Below, piece by piece: positions 16,805 to 27,347 of a stretch of 64,000 nucleotides of DNA (the first letter of the stretch is position 1; the number at the start of each line of letters is the position of its first letter). The notes beneath the pieces are model-generated. The model was given only the letters and a program-made list of their open reading frames with translations. It had not been told where the DNA came from and did not search any database. The position numbers and the translations under genes are program-made. The stretch is from a bacterium (GTDB taxonomy: Bacteria; UBA8248): contig OZ241875.1 of assembly GCA_965203325.1 (NCBI GenBank), positions 1,024,001-1,088,000 of the forward strand. Reading direction: 5' to 3'.

Positions 16805-17884
16805 TTAACTGTCGCTCACGATAATGACCGCCGCTTTTTCGATGGTCAAGCGAACCTTGCTGCCCACACCAAAGAATTGGTGCGGGTCGCCGATGACTCG
16901 AAGCGGCTCATTCAGACCCGGCACCTTCACGAGGTAATCCACCGTGCTGCCGAAATAATAGCCGCGCGTCACTTCGCCATCGAGGACATTCTGGGCATCC
17001 GCGCCGCCCACGTCGGCATTCTCGGCATGAACATGAATGCGGTGGGGTCTTATGGATACAAGCTCTCCCGTTTTTCCGCCGTCTGCGTTCATCATGAACT
17101 TTGCGCCGTCATTAGCCTCAAAAAGTTCCGGAGAACTTATCTTTCCGGGAATCGAGTTCGTCACGCCGACGAATTCAGCCACGAACTTCGTCGCCGGTAT
17201 GTCGTATATGTCGGACGGCTTGCCCACCTGCTCGATCTTGCCGCTGTTCATGACGCAGATTCTGTCGCTTGTGACCATGGCTTCGGCCTGGTCGTGGGTC
17301 ACGTAAATGCTCGTGATGTTGAACTCATCGTGCAGGCGCCTGATCTCGAAGCGCATCTCCTCGCGCAGGTTGGCGTCGAGATTCGAGAGCGGTTCATCCA
17401 GCAGCAAAACGGCCGGCTCGACCACGAGGGCGCGGGCCAGTGCCACGCGCTGCTGCTGGCCGCCAGAGAGCTCCGCCGGGTATCTGGCGCCTAGATGGTC
17501 CATCTGCACGACGGAAAGCAGGCTTTTCACGCGCTTGTCCGCCTCTGCTCCCGTGATACCCCGGAATTTCAACCCATAGCCCACATTCTGGGACACTGTT
17601 TTGTGCGGCCAGATGGCGTAGCTCTGGAAAATCATGCTCATGTTGCGGCGCTCTGGCGGTATGACGCTTCTCACATTCGATACGACATCCCCGTCCATTA
17701 TAATTTCACCGCCGTTCGGCTCAATGAAACCCGCCACGAGACGCAGAGTCGTCGTCTTGCCGCAACCCGAAGGCCCCAGAAGAGAGATCAACTCCCCGTG
17801 TTCGATGTGCAGATCGATTTCATCCACCGCCCGAACGTCAGTGCCGAATATCTTCAACAGACCTTTTAAGTCTAGAACAGCCAA
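16805..17884 (-). CDS. ABC transporter ATP-binding subunit (FbpC/PotA family)
   Basis: GPSGCGKTT, LSGGQQQR, LLLDEP, C-terminal TOBE-like domain. Confidence 0.95.
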   Translation of the reverse strand: MAVLDLKGLLKIFGTDVRAVDEIDLHIEHGELISLLGPSGCGKTTTLRLVAGFIEPNGGEIIMDGDVVSNVRSVIPPERRNMSMIFQSYAIWPHKTVSQNVGYGLKFRGITGAEADKRVKSLLSVVQMDHLGARYPAELSGGQQQRVALARALVVEPAVLLLDEPLSNLDANLREEMRFEIRRLHDEFNITSIYVTHDQAEAMVTSDRICVMNSGKIEQVGKPSDIYDIPATKFVAEFVGVTNSIPGKISSPELFEANDGAKFMMNADGGKTGELVSIRPHRIHVHAENADVGGADAQNVLDGEVTRGYYFGSTVDYLVKVPGLNEPLRVIGDPHQFFGVGSKVRLTIEKAAVIIVSDS

Positions 17885-17900
17885 CGCAACTCTCCCTTCT

Positions 17901-19646
17901 CTATCCAGCGGAACGCATGAAGTCCCTGCCTACCAAACGGAAACCGGCCGCTATCGCCACCAAAGTGATGAGCAGAAGCAAAACCCCTAAAGCCGATATG
18001 GGACCCAACAGCGATTCCTCGTAAAAATCAACGATGACCACCGAGATGACCTTCGTATTCGTCGTCCACAACAGAACCGAGGCGCTCAATTCCCTGAGCG
18101 AGGGCATGAACACCAATATCCATGAGGCGATGACGGCCGTCTTGAACAAGGGTATCGTCACGTCCTTGAAAACCTGAAGCCGATTCGCGCCCATGATGCG
18201 GCTACTCTCCTCGAGTTCGGGATGAATGCTCGTGAGACCCGCGTTCGACGTCTGGTAAGCCAATGGCAGGTATTTGGTCAGATACGCCAGGAACATGATC
18301 CATAACGTCCCATACAGAACAAAAGGCTGCTTGGTATATGCCGCGAACAAACCGACCGCCAGGACGATGCCGGGAATCCCGATGGGCGCGGTCGCCATGA
18401 ATCCCAGATATTGATGGCCCTTGATGAGCTTGCGCTGCGCGATGAAAGCGGAAATCGCGGCCACGATCGTGGCGCCGGTCGCCGCCATGATGGCCAAGAG
18501 AATCGTATTGTATATCGACACTCTCACTGCATCGTTCGTCAGGATGAAATGATAATTCGATAAGGTGAAGTTCGCCCATACCAATCCACCACCCAGGTTT
18601 TTCATGAACGACGTAGTCAGCAAAGAGAATCCAGGCAGAACGATGGCGCACAAGAGCGGAATCATGCAGAGCACGAATATCGGGATTCGCCAGACGCCCA
18701 GCTTTTGCGGCCGCCTCTGCCCACCCTTGCCGCCGACGGTGGCGTAGCCCCTGCGGCCCAAAATAATGCCCCGCGTCCAGACCATGCCGATTGCCAGAAC
18801 AAGCATGGGCATGGCGTAGGCAGAGGCCAAACCGAGCAGATCGTCTTCCGACACCATAAAAGCACGAAGCTGGGTCGTCATCGTGTGCTGACCCGCCGGT
18901 ATCGCCAAAACCGCCGGGATACCGAAAAGAATCATCGCCTCGAGCGCCGCCAGAATGAAACCAGCGAACAAAGAGGGCGCCACAAGCGGCAAGGTGATGC
19001 TGAACATGGTATGGAACGTGCCGCCGCCCGCCACGTTTGCCGCGTCTTCCACGTCCGATGAGATATTGTTCAGGCCTGCCAAAACGACGATAAAGACGAG
19101 GGGAAACGTGTAGAGCGACATGGCGAATATGACGCCCTTCATCGTGAAGATATCGAACAGGTAAAACTCATCGCTCAGGCCGAATATCAAACGTATCAAC
19201 TTGTTCAGCCACCCTTCGTTTTGCCCCGCCAGGAATATCCAGGCAATGGCGCCCAGGAAAGGAGGCGTCACGAAAGAGGCCAGGATGCCGTTCCTGATCA
19301 GATTCGGGAAAGGAATATCCGTTCGGCTGACCACCCAGGCCATCACGGCCCCGACCACCAGGGATATGCTGCCCACGGAGACGGCGAGCATCATCGTGAT
19401 GTACATCGGCTTGTAGTATTCATCGGTCTCGAAAGCGTCGATATAATTCTGGAAGGTGAAGCCGCCGGCCTCATCTTCAGAAACGAAGAAGCTTTCCTTG
19501 AAGAGCTGGAAGATGGGATTCGCCACCAAGATGACTAGAAGTATTAAGATAGCCACCCAGACGATGACGGTATAGTCGAATTTTCTGGTGGCCGAAGGTT
19601 CGCCTCCCGAGATCATTCCGGGTAACTGTTGTGCATCCTGCGTCAT
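17901..19646 (-). CDS. ABC transporter fused double permease (FbpB family)
   Basis: ~12 TM segments; two EAA-like motifs (VEDAANVAGG, LEESSRIMGA). Confidence 0.9.
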   Translation of the reverse strand: MTQDAQQLPGMISGGEPSATRKFDYTVIVWVAILILLVILVANPIFQLFKESFFVSEDEAGGFTFQNYIDAFETDEYYKPMYITMMLAVSVGSISLVVGAVMAWVVSRTDIPFPNLIRNGILASFVTPPFLGAIAWIFLAGQNEGWLNKLIRLIFGLSDEFYLFDIFTMKGVIFAMSLYTFPLVFIVVLAGLNNISSDVEDAANVAGGGTFHTMFSITLPLVAPSLFAGFILAALEAMILFGIPAVLAIPAGQHTMTTQLRAFMVSEDDLLGLASAYAMPMLVLAIGMVWTRGIILGRRGYATVGGKGGQRRPQKLGVWRIPIFVLCMIPLLCAIVLPGFSLLTTSFMKNLGGGLVWANFTLSNYHFILTNDAVRVSIYNTILLAIMAATGATIVAAISAFIAQRKLIKGHQYLGFMATAPIGIPGIVLAVGLFAAYTKQPFVLYGTLWIMFLAYLTKYLPLAYQTSNAGLTSIHPELEESSRIMGANRLQVFKDVTIPLFKTAVIASWILVFMPSLRELSASVLLWTTNTKVISVVIVDFYEESLLGPISALGVLLLLITLVAIAAGFRLVGRDFMRSAG

Positions 19647-19761
19647 ATGCGCGTGTTTCCTTTTAGTCGTTAAGTGATGCCCGATCCATTGCGTCCATCA
19701 AAATAATGAAACGGGAGCGATTTCTTGATTTCATGCAAGAAATCGCTCCCGCTCATGCTTT

Positions 19762-20781
19762 TTACACGCCGAATAGCTTCTTGAATTTCGCCCTTGTTGG
19801 CTTGTTTTTCTTCTTCAGTTCCGCCCCACCAATGGCCATCAGTTTGATGTCCTTGAGCGCAGGTAGTCCTTTGGGATATTTCACATCGGGATTGCCCACG
19901 TAGAGGAAGAGGTCCGCGAGAAGCTGCATGTTTTCCTGGGTGAACAGGTAATCGGTGAACACGCGCGCGGCGTTGGGGTTCGGCGCTTTCGTGAATACAG
20001 CGTTGGGCGAAGTGATCAAAGCCAAACCTGTCGGGGGAACGACGGGCTTGAGCGGTTCGCCTTTCTGGATTTGCTTGAGCAGGGAGTAAGAAGTCGTGCC
20101 CGCGCCTAACCAAAGTTCACCACGAGCTACGAGAGGAATACCGCCGGCCGCCGATTGCACGATTTTGGGCTTTTGCTTGGCCATTTTCTCATAATAACCC
20201 CAGCCGAATCTGTTCACGATGTTGATCATGCCGTTCGTGACAAATCCGCTGTAGCTCGGATGCGAGTGAACGATTTTACCCTTCCACTTGGGGTCGAGGA
20301 AATCAGCGTAAGTCTTGGGCGCATCTTTCTCTTTGATTTTCTTGGTGTTGTAGAAAGGCATCAACACGCCAGCGCGAAGAATCGTCCAGTAGTTGTCCTT
20401 GGTCACAAACATCGAGTTGAAGTTGTCCGTTCCGGCCGGCTTGTAGGGCGTGATGATTTTCTTGGCTTTCAGGTTCAGGAAATGGCCCAGGTTCGACGTG
20501 TGGATCACGTCGGCGACGTAAATGCCACCTTTGCGCTCCTGCAGATAACGACGATAGAGCTTGCCCGAACCGTCTCGGTGGAGGATGCACTTGATACCCG
20601 TTTTTTTCTTGTTATAGGCGTTACAAACAGCCTGCGAAACAGGTAGCGTCAGAGAAGAATACCAAGTGACTTTCCCCTCTTTCTTGGCGGCGCGCATGGT
20701 CGCCTCATCCGCGGCGAACGTCGGTGCGCTCAACAACGCCACCGCCAACAGACCAGCAATGATTCCTTTCAGCATTTTCAT
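19762..20781 (-). CDS. ABC transporter substrate-binding protein (AfuA/FutA-like)
   Basis: Signal peptide; AAKKEGKVTWYSS, DFLDPKWKGK, APNPNAARVF. Confidence 0.9.
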   Translation of the reverse strand: MKMLKGIIAGLLAVALLSAPTFAADEATMRAAKKEGKVTWYSSLTLPVSQAVCNAYNKKKTGIKCILHRDGSGKLYRRYLQERKGGIYVADVIHTSNLGHFLNLKAKKIITPYKPAGTDNFNSMFVTKDNYWTILRAGVLMPFYNTKKIKEKDAPKTYADFLDPKWKGKIVHSHPSYSGFVTNGMINIVNRFGWGYYEKMAKQKPKIVQSAAGGIPLVARGELWLGAGTTSYSLLKQIQKGEPLKPVVPPTGLALITSPNAVFTKAPNPNAARVFTDYLFTQENMQLLADLFLYVGNPDVKYPKGLPALKDIKLMAIGGAELKKKNKPTRAKFKKLFGV

Positions 20782-20986
20782 TCTCCTCTGCTTTTTGAAT
20801 TAGCAGTCCAAAAGAGTGCGAAGATTCTCAGTTTCAAGAATCTTCAGAGTACGTTCTATCTACCCACAAACCAAAATGTAAGATGTTTCAAAAGGTAAGC
20901 CGAATCATATCAAAACTACCCGCATCGTCAAGCACGCCGAATTTCGTAATGGAACACCCCATCGGGGGCTTCGAAACTCATTATTT

Positions 20987-22252
20987 TCATCGTGAGATCT
21001 CTGCACTTTTCCCTTGCAGCTTTCCTCCAGCGATAAAACGCCGGGCGACAAAAATGGTGGCGACCCCTCCCAGGATAGCCGCGACTCCCGGCCCGATGAA
21101 CGCCCAATCCCAATTCACGGGAAGTGCCCCATCGCCCGAGTCGTTGCTCATGTCCAGGAATTTCCCCACCACCATGGGCGAGAGGGAGCCGAGCAGAAAG
21201 CCCAAGCCCGACTGGATTCCCAATGCGGAGCCGAGGTGGCGTCTGGGTGTGAGTTCCGTGGTCAACACCACCAGCACGGGAGCGTCCACGTGCATCACGA
21301 TCACCCAGACCAGGCACAAAATCTGCAATATGGCGAAAGGCGCTCCGAATGCGAGACCGATGGAAACCGAAATGAGGCCGCTCAGAAAAAGGCTCGCGGT
21401 AATCGTGGGCGGCCTGCCGATGCGGTCGGCGAACCAGCCGCCAATGAGCTTCGAGACGGCGCTCAGCCCGATGATCAGGGCGGCGGATGAGGAAGCGACT
21501 TGCAGGGCGCTCTCGCGCGTCTCGGTGCCCGTCATCACCAGGGAAGCCGCCAGGAAGGTGACTATCCAGCCCCTGAACGCGAATACCTCCCACCTGTGCG
21601 CGCCCACAACGCCCATGAGCACCCACACGGGAGCCGGCAGCCTGGGGAACTCAAACCCGGCGTCTCCATCCCCTCTCGGCGAGGGCAGAGGCGGGAGAAA
21701 AAACATCATGGCAAGAAAACCGATTGCGGGACCCAGAGACGTCAACGCGAACGCCGTGCGCCATTCGAAATTCGCGACAAGCACACCCGTTACATAAATC
21801 GAGGTGGCGACTCCCACGGTGTAAAAAAACGTGTAAATTCCCACCATGCGGGCGCGTCTCCCTTCCGGGGCGTACTCCGCCACCAGCCGAAGCGCAGGCG
21901 CATAGGTGCCGGCCAGTCCTACGCCAGTGAGACCTCGAAACACCGAAGCGCTGATGAAGCCATCAGCAAGAAGCGGGAACATGAAATTCAGGAGCGTCAG
22001 CCAGAGGCTAGAGGCCAGATATATCTTTTTCGCGCTCATGTAGTCCGTTGCGGTCGCCAGCACGGCCGCGGCGAGAATGTAGCCCACGTAAAACGCCGTA
22101 TAAATCGTGCCGGCCTGCACGTTCGTGAGGTTCCATTCCGCCTTGAACAGCGGAAGCGCCGCCACATAATTCGCATAGACGAACATCATCGGCACCTGGG
22201 CCGCGCAAATCGCCCAAAGCCAATGGGTGGATGTTCCGTCGCGCTTTCTCAT
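20987..22252 (-). CDS. MFS transporter
   Basis: ~12 TM segments; GWFADRIGRP motif. Start set at MRKRDG (uncertain); the longer ORF overlaps the divergent gene. Confidence 0.85.
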   Translation of the reverse strand: MRKRDGTSTHWLWAICAAQVPMMFVYANYVAALPLFKAEWNLTNVQAGTIYTAFYVGYILAAAVLATATDYMSAKKIYLASSLWLTLLNFMFPLLADGFISASVFRGLTGVGLAGTYAPALRLVAEYAPEGRRARMVGIYTFFYTVGVATSIYVTGVLVANFEWRTAFALTSLGPAIGFLAMMFFLPPLPSPRGDGDAGFEFPRLPAPVWVLMGVVGAHRWEVFAFRGWIVTFLAASLVMTGTETRESALQVASSSAALIIGLSAVSKLIGGWFADRIGRPPTITASLFLSGLISVSIGLAFGAPFAILQILCLVWVIVMHVDAPVLVVLTTELTPRRHLGSALGIQSGLGFLLGSLSPMVVGKFLDMSNDSGDGALPVNWDWAFIGPGVAAILGGVATIFVARRFIAGGKLQGKSAEISR

Positions 22253-22403
22253 ACGAATCCTCTGGTTCCAAAATGAGAAAGAGGATAAAGGATTCAACAT
22301 ACTCTGGCGAGGGAGCGGGCATTTTCTTGCGCTGACTATCCGACAACGAGCATCCTGATGTAATCTGCGTTCATAATAGATTCCAATTCCACGGAGTTTA
22401 CGG

Positions 22404-23282
22404 ATGCCGACACCCATCATTGATTTCAGGGTCTCATGCCCCATTCCCGAGGGTCTGGACAGATACCTGAAACCGACGGGCCGCTTAGCGGATTACGCCA
22501 AACATTACGGGGACAGGGTTTTCGGCAATACGGAAGAGCACCGCTACATGAAGCCGGAGGAGTTCGTCGCCTTTTTGGATGAACAAGGGGTGGACAAGGC
22601 CGTTATCAAGACTTCCGACATGACGACGATCTCGGGCACGAAATTTCCCGCCGACGTTTTGCACGAATACATCAAGGATTATCCGGATCGCCTCATCGGA
22701 ACGGCGGGATGCGACCCATTTCGCGGTATGGATGCGCTGCGCGATCTGGAGCGCGACGTGAAAGAATACGGCCTGCGGGGCGTCAACATGGGACCATGGG
22801 AGCTCGGGCTTCATGCGAACGACAAGAAGTTCTATCCCATTTACGCCAAATGCGTGGAGTTGAACATCCCCGTCTTGCTCCACACGTCCATGAACCTCTC
22901 GAGTTCGAACCTGCTCGATTTCGGGCGTCCGATTTATCTGGACGAGGTGGCGAGAGATTTTCCCGAACTTCGCATCGTAGCGGTGCACGGAGGCTGGCCG
23001 TGGATACTGGAGATGATCGCCATAAGTTGGCGGCACCCCAATCTGTACATCGAAGTCAGCGGAACGATGCCCAAATACATCGCCACGCCCGACACCGGCT
23101 GGGAGCCATTGATACGCTACGGGAACTCGGTGCTCAAGAACAAAATTCTCTGGGCATCGAACTGGCCGATGATCAGCCCCAAGGAAAGTCTGGCCGAATT
23201 CGATAATTTTCCACTGAAAGACGACGTGAAAAAACTTTGGTTCGGTGGAAACGCTCTCAGGGTTTTGGGACTGGAAGAATAA
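22404..23282 (+). CDS. Amidohydrolase_2 family protein
   Basis: YPIYAKCVELNIPVLLH, VARDFPELRIVAVHGGWPW, HPNLYIEVS, KILWASNWP. Confidence 0.9.
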   Translation: MPTPIIDFRVSCPIPEGLDRYLKPTGRLADYAKHYGDRVFGNTEEHRYMKPEEFVAFLDEQGVDKAVIKTSDMTTISGTKFPADVLHEYIKDYPDRLIGTAGCDPFRGMDALRDLERDVKEYGLRGVNMGPWELGLHANDKKFYPIYAKCVELNIPVLLHTSMNLSSSNLLDFGRPIYLDEVARDFPELRIVAVHGGWPWILEMIAISWRHPNLYIEVSGTMPKYIATPDTGWEPLIRYGNSVLKNKILWASNWPMISPKESLAEFDNFPLKDDVKKLWFGGNALRVLGLEE

Positions 23283-23293
23283 GCCTCAAAAGA

Positions 23294-23332
23294 CGAAAAA
23301 AGGCGGGAGCTTTGGTCACTCCCGCCTTTTCG
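23294..23332. terminator. Bidirectional intrinsic terminator
   Basis: aaaaggcgggag / ctcccgcctttt between convergent genes. Confidence 0.85.
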
Positions 23333-23358
23333 TTCCGATGCTGTCGTTCCGAGATTGT

Positions 23359-24252
23359 CTACGTCGCCGCCACCGCTTCTTCGACCAGACCGTATTCTCG
23401 GGCGAACGCTTCCAGCTTTGCCATATTGGCGTCAGACGGCGCGCAAAGCGGCAGCCTGTATTCCAGCGCGATGCGCCCCATAATCGCCAGAGTCGCTTTC
23501 GCCGGAATAGGGTTCGTTTCGCAGAACATCATGTGATTGAGTTCCCACATCTTGTAATGCAGCGCTTTCGCCGTGGCGGTATCTCCATCGAGTTGGGCTT
23601 GGCACATCCGGGCCACGTCCGCAGGCGCCACGTTCGCCGTCACCGAGATCGTGCCCACACCGCCCATCGCCATCATGGGCAGCGTGACGAAATCATCGCC
23701 TGAAAGCACGATGAAATCGTCCGGCACACGGGAAACGATGTTGCAGCAATTCGCCAGATCCCCGGTCGCTTCCTTGATGCCCACAATGTTGGGAATCTCC
23801 GAGAGGCGCGCCACCGTTTCGGGGGCTATCTGCACCACCGTGCGGCCCGGCACGTTGTAGAGAACGATCGGGATATCGGCTGATTCAGCGATTGCGCGGA
23901 AATGTTGATACAGGCCTTCCTGCGTAGGCTTGTTGTAGTAAGGCGCCACCAGGAGCGCCCCATCCGCACCGGCCCGCATGGCGTACTGGGTGCGCTGAAC
24001 GGCCTCTGCGGTGCTGTTCGAACCCGAGCCGGCGATGACCGGAATCCTCCCGTTCACCTGCTCGATCACCAACTCCACGACCCGGTCGTGTTCTTCATGG
24101 CTCAGCGTGGCGGACTCTCCCGTGGTCCCACACGCCACAATCCCGTGCGTTCCATTTTCAACATGAAATTCCACCAGAGAGCGAACGCCCTCTTCGTCGA
24201 GCTTTCCGTCGCGGAACGGAGTGACCATTGCGACATAAGAACCCTTAAACAT
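23359..24252 (-). CDS. dapA: 4-hydroxy-tetrahydrodipicolinate synthase
   Basis: AMVTPF, CGTTGES, PYYNKPTQEG, LYNVPGRT, GIKEATG, ETNPIP; start MFKGSY after AGGAGG. Confidence 0.95.
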   Translation of the reverse strand: MFKGSYVAMVTPFRDGKLDEEGVRSLVEFHVENGTHGIVACGTTGESATLSHEEHDRVVELVIEQVNGRIPVIAGSGSNSTAEAVQRTQYAMRAGADGALLVAPYYNKPTQEGLYQHFRAIAESADIPIVLYNVPGRTVVQIAPETVARLSEIPNIVGIKEATGDLANCCNIVSRVPDDFIVLSGDDFVTLPMMAMGGVGTISVTANVAPADVARMCQAQLDGDTATAKALHYKMWELNHMMFCETNPIPAKATLAIMGRIALEYRLPLCAPSDANMAKLEAFAREYGLVEEAVAAT

Positions 24253-24511
24253 GAGAAGACCTCCTTCTCCTTCCGCCCATGCGGCAAAAAAGAATGTCAT
24301 ACCCCATTTTCAGACAGGGCACGCTTGACGTGTGTCACATTTGTGTACAGAAATTTCGTCAATACCCCTTTGGTAGTGCAAATCCTATCAGAGCAACCAA
24401 GCAGACGCAAGAAATGGAAATTAAGGATGTCGCGCAGACAGAGTTTCTCGCCGTCATAAGCAGGGATATGAGCATCCGAGCGGGGCTCCCACCGACCCAT
24501 TATTTTCCGCT

Positions 24512-24540
24512 TTGACAAGCACATGGAAAAAGTCTTTAAT
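24512..24540 (+). promoter_or_regulatory. Sigma70 promoter upstream of the D,D-carboxypeptidase gene
   Basis: TTGACA-N17-TTTAAT. Confidence 0.7.
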
Positions 24541-24622
24541 TGGTTCAAGTTCAAGGGGAACCGATAATCCCCTTGGCTCCTTCACCAACCCGCCCGTATC
24601 GACAGCAATTTAAGGAAAGCGC

Positions 24623-25807
24623 ATGTTATTCGCTTTGGGTCACCATCGGCGATCCCGTTTAACCGTCATCACAACCTTCGTCTTCTTGTTCACATTTTCT
24701 CTAATTCTCGGCGTCGATTCGGCTTCCGCGCGCCGAAAACGTTCCCGCAAAAAACCCATTCCCTATCGCTCGATCCTGCTGATTGAAGCGAACACGGGAC
24801 GAGTCCTGAAAGCACGCAATGAACGGCTTCCAACAAAACCCGCTTCTATCGTGAAAATGATGACGGCGTTAATCGCCATGGAACAAATTAGAAGAAACAT
24901 CATCCACCTCGACGATATCATCACAACCAGCAGAAGCGCCTCCCGGATCGGGGGCCAACAAGTGTATTTGAAGCAAGGGGAAAAATTTACCCTGAGAGAT
25001 TTGATGAAATCCATCATCATCAGTTCTGCAAACGATTCATCCTACGCCGTGGCGGAACACATCGCCGGAGACGCCGAAGCCTTCGTCGATATGATGAACC
25101 AGCGCGCCAAGGAACTCGGCATGACGAACACCCGTTTCGTCAACGTCAACGGGCTTCCGCCGGGCGGAAAAAAACCGACCAATCAAATGAGCGCGCGCGA
25201 CGCCGGCATTCTTGCCCGCGAGTTGATCAAGTATCCGCTCATCATGAAGTGGAGCGCCACCAAGAACGCTCCTTTCAGGAACGGGAGCTTCATCCTTACG
25301 AACACGAACACTCTCCTCGGGCGGTTTCGCGGGGTCGATGGCCTCAAAACAGGCTATCACCGCAAAGCGGGATTCAGCATCGCCGCCACAGCCAAACGCA
25401 AAAACCTAAGACTCATCGCCGTCGTAATGGGGTCGAGCCACTCCAGACGCCGATTCAAAGAGGCCAAGCGTCTGCTCGCATGGGGTTTCAACCAATACCG
25501 CTGGATCGATTTGGGCAAGACGAAAAAGCCGAAACGCCAGCAAATCAAGGTGCTGAAGGGCCAGAAACGGACGGTACGCATCCAGCTCAAGGAAAGTGTC
25601 CAGACATTGGTAAAAAGGGGTGAAGAAAAACGTATCTCCATGAAACTGGAGTTGCCCGAAGAGGTAACCGCACCCGTCCGCGCCGGCCAAAAAGTGGGCC
25701 GCGTCACGTATGAACTGGGAGGCAACAAAATCGGCGGGACCGACCTCGTGGCCGCTGAACCGGTCAAAAAATTAGGCTTTTTCCAATCTTTGTTCCGATT
25801 CCGCTAA
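24623..25807 (+). CDS. dacA: D-alanyl-D-alanine carboxypeptidase (PBP5/6, peptidase S11)
   Basis: ASIVK (SxxK), SAND (SxN), GLKTG, PBP5 C-terminal domain. Confidence 0.9.
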   Translation: MLFALGHHRRSRLTVITTFVFLFTFSLILGVDSASARRKRSRKKPIPYRSILLIEANTGRVLKARNERLPTKPASIVKMMTALIAMEQIRRNIIHLDDIITTSRSASRIGGQQVYLKQGEKFTLRDLMKSIIISSANDSSYAVAEHIAGDAEAFVDMMNQRAKELGMTNTRFVNVNGLPPGGKKPTNQMSARDAGILARELIKYPLIMKWSATKNAPFRNGSFILTNTNTLLGRFRGVDGLKTGYHRKAGFSIAATAKRKNLRLIAVVMGSSHSRRRFKEAKRLLAWGFNQYRWIDLGKTKKPKRQQIKVLKGQKRTVRIQLKESVQTLVKRGEEKRISMKLELPEEVTAPVRAGQKVGRVTYELGGNKIGGTDLVAAEPVKKLGFFQSLFRFR

Positions 25808-25825
25808 ACGCACGTATCCAAACAA

Positions 25826-27046
25826 CTACTCTTGTTGAATCTCACTCTCCCTGCCCATAAAAGGCAAGGCGATCGCCATGAACACGAGCATCACCACCTC
25901 GGAATCGCCGAAGTTGTATTCGAACATACCTGCGCTTAAAAAACCCGCAGCCACGGCCAAACCACCCACCATGCGAAATCGTGTCCCAAAAGGCGCGTCT
26001 CTCGTATTCCGAATTCGCTGAGCAACCAGGACAAAATATCCGATCCAGACCCAAATCCAGGCGCCCAGAGCAAGAATTCCCCGCTCGGCAGCCAAATGAA
26101 CGATATTGTTGTGGAGATGGGAGGGAGATTTCGGCGTCACTTCGGGATTTGCATACCGGGTGTAATTCTCCTGGATTCGCCCAGGTCCGAAACCCAAGAA
26201 TTTCTTCTCCATGAACATCTGCAAGCCGCTATTCCACATGTAAATCCGTTCCACGGCCGTTTTATCCCGGGGGTTCACCATGCTCTTCACGCGCTGGCGA
26301 ATGGAATGCGGCGCGATGAATACCACCAGTACTGTCACCAACGCCAAACACAAACCCACCTTCTTGCGCCCACTCGCCACGGCTACAACCGCCGTCCCGA
26401 CGACAAGTCCGATCCAGGCGCTCCGACTCAATGTCGTCATCAACGCAGAGAGGATGAGGAGGACCGACGTGTAGACCCATACGCTCTTGCGTTCCCGAGA
26501 CGGCACCATGAGGTACGAGAACGCCAAAAGACCGGCTACAAGCAGAAAACCGCCTAGCGTCATGTATATGCTGAAAAAGCCCGACGGGCGATTCGCCAGC
26601 GACAATGTCCCTGGCAGCGATACGCCCAAGGCATACAAGGCGATAAAGCTCGTGGCCGCCAAGAGCACTTTCACCAACCAAATCGCTTCCCGGTCGTCCT
26701 GGATGACGTTCATCGCCAAATAAAAAATCATGATCTGCGTCAATTCTCGCGTTTTGATAAGGCTTTTGAGCGAATCGGGTGCATGAAAGGCGCTGGCAAG
26801 TGTAAATAGCGCGAAAAAAAGCCAAGGCATCCACAACGGAAATTTCTGGGTCAGCAAGGGAGCCGCTTTGGTCATGGAAGCCAGCCAAGCCACCACGGCG
26901 GTGAACACGCATATTTGAGCGAGCGATATCGAAAAAGGGGCTGTGACGACGAAACCAAGAAGCCCGCCGAACGCCACCCGAGACGCCGGTGAACGCCCCC
27001 TGAATCGCTCTCCCAGTTCCGGGAAATAGACTCTTAGCTTGTGCAT
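25826..27046 (-). CDS. O-antigen ligase family protein (WaaL-like)
   Basis: Polytopic membrane protein; TLSRSAWIG, ERIYMW, GFGPG, HLHNN...AERGILA. Confidence 0.85.
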   Translation of the reverse strand: MHKLRVYFPELGERFRGRSPASRVAFGGLLGFVVTAPFSISLAQICVFTAVVAWLASMTKAAPLLTQKFPLWMPWLFFALFTLASAFHAPDSLKSLIKTRELTQIMIFYLAMNVIQDDREAIWLVKVLLAATSFIALYALGVSLPGTLSLANRPSGFFSIYMTLGGFLLVAGLLAFSYLMVPSRERKSVWVYTSVLLILSALMTTLSRSAWIGLVVGTAVVAVASGRKKVGLCLALVTVLVVFIAPHSIRQRVKSMVNPRDKTAVERIYMWNSGLQMFMEKKFLGFGPGRIQENYTRYANPEVTPKSPSHLHNNIVHLAAERGILALGAWIWVWIGYFVLVAQRIRNTRDAPFGTRFRMVGGLAVAAGFLSAGMFEYNFGDSEVVMLVFMAIALPFMGRESEIQQE

Positions 27047-27347
27047 GAAGTTGTTCTCTCAGCTCAAAGCCGAATGCACCTGGTTGATTTTTCCAAACGC
27101 AGTCTACGATCCATCAATGTGGAGCGAATCAGGGCAAGCTTCACGAGAGCATACCTCCAGCGAGACGGCATCCCCGGAAACAATTTCCGCTCATTTCCTG
27201 ATAATAGATGGAATGAAGACCAGAAAGCGGAAACGCAAACTCATGATTGTATAATATCGCCGGGATATAACTTTACATTCCAACTTCAGATTCAGGTCGC
27301 GAGATTCACCTTTTCGTCCGGTCGTATTGTTACGCGAGCGAATAATC

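Noticed and set aside
24324..24339. CRP/FNR-like box (cttga-cgtgtg-tcaca) upstream of dapA
   Set aside because: Only one good half-site; cannot be distinguished from chance.
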